From Antedon mediterranea (Eukaryota; Animalia; Echinodermata): 64,000 bases of DNA. The notes under the pieces were generated by a model. It did not search any database. It was not told the origin of the DNA and was given only the letters and a program-made list of their open reading frames with translations. Made by a program: the position numbers and the translations under genes. The stretch is taken from assembly GCF_964355755.1 (NCBI RefSeq), contig NC_092678.1:13142352-13206351 (forward strand), in the 5' to 3' direction. Shown one piece after another: positions 62,689-64,000 of the stretch (positions within the stretch are counted from its first letter, which is position 1; every line of letters begins with the position of its first letter).

Positions 62689-64000
62689 GTAATATAGGGC
62701 TACAGATAATTTATATGACTAGATGGTATGCTCGCTTCGCTCGCGTACCATCTAGGTCGTGCCCACAGATGGTTCTCGAATACATAATAATTTCAGCGTT
62801 AAAAAACTGGCGATTTCAAATGTACGTACCGCAGGACAATAATACATGTCGTTTACAGGAACGAATAAATAGACACTGTGATTTATGTACTGAACTAAAA
62901 TTAGCACCCTGGGAATTACTTCCGAAAGAAAAACTTGTCACAAAATGAGTCAAATTTAAACAAACTTAATTTGTGTTTTGTATGTAACATTAGGGTTGAG
63001 GGATGGGAAAGAGGATGGGTGCAAAGAGGAACAGTTGTTAAATATATTCTTTATCCATGTAGTAACGAAATATTAATTGTTTTCATGTTTTACAAATAAT
63101 ATACCACTAAACACAGTAAAACATTGCGATGTAATACTTTGTTGAAACTATCACCGTCCTAGTCGATTGAAATAGTATAGTACATATAACGATACATCAC
63201 TACGACGTTTATAATATGTTTATATAATGTATAACAATTTGTGAAAACCACCCCTATTCGTGGCAAATCATAAATTCGACTTAATCGTCAATAAATATTA
63301 AATTATCTAACTCAACTTAATTAGTAGGCCTAATGGTTTTCAATTGTTTCTTAGAGCCAATTCATACTTAAGTTGGTTCCTAACCCTACCCACCAAAGTT
63401 GTTCTGCGTTTAGGGCATGTGATGCACCGTAGGCCTATCTTCTACTGGCTTTACAACGCTACTCATGCCAGTGGGGGAAGGGTGATGATGTCACGTGGGT
63501 GGTTTAACTGCAATAATAAAGATTTGTACATAATATACGGCGACTGAAAACGCTAGCTCATTATCCGTTAAAGAAAATCTATATCCAACCTCTGCAGCAC
63601 AGATTGAAAAAAAAATGGATCGAATTTCTGTTATGAGTATACAGTACTTGCCTTTACGACGCCTGAGGGATAGATTGGAATGTTCCATTCATTTCAAATC
63701 AATACATTGGCATAAACGTATATTAAATCTATCAAAATAGTATTTTTTTAAGAAAATCGGCCTGTCTTCAACATTATGATACTGTACTCGAGCTGTTCAA
63801 CCGATTTTCAGCTATTAAAAACAATTATCGTAGGAGGAGATAGCAAAATGCGAAGCCTCCTCGCATTTTTGTGGCGGGTATTTTTCAAGATGGACATCCA
63901 TTAGACAGTGTATACCATGATCGGAAAACACCCCTATTTGAGGCAAATCGTTGAACCTAAATTCGTTTTAATCGTCAATAACTAATTATCTAACTTAATT

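Larger units (their letters stand above)
60911..64000 (+). repeat. Recent segmental duplicate of 2265-~5375 (offset ~58.65 kb), runs off the window
   Basis: Near-identical by eye, with scattered substitutions and a ~19-bp deletion at ~63670; same Helitron at the same site (62719 onward). Confidence 0.95.

Overview
AT-rich, intron-rich eukaryotic DNA. The repeat families point to an animal, probably a marine invertebrate (inference). Most of the supplied ORF track is noise or transposon debris. Splicing by hand gives one real gene on the + strand: a 14-exon, stop-free 578-codon frame (3340-20849) with six ankyrin repeats, a linker, a complete Roc GTPase domain and the start of COR, i.e. an ankyrin-ROCO protein. 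No start exon and no remaining COR exons were found. Each ankyrin repeat is its own phase-0 exon, and the main repeat type sits in a ~600-bp exon+intron cassette. These cassettes recur as intact, deleted and broken copies in three clusters (3.3-12.6, 33.7-42 and 62-64 kb); the third is a near-identical duplicate of the start of the first. This looks like a modular, recombination-driven repeat-diversification locus for a putative immune-type GTPase. The remainder is nested repeats: Helitrons, DINE-1-like elements, Tx1/CR1/Rex LINEs, Gypsy, piggyBac, Sola3-like and ISL2EU-like relics, 5S- and tRNA-derived SINEs, three minimal hammerhead ribozymes, an 8.1-kb quasi-palindrome and a 3-kb foldback element.
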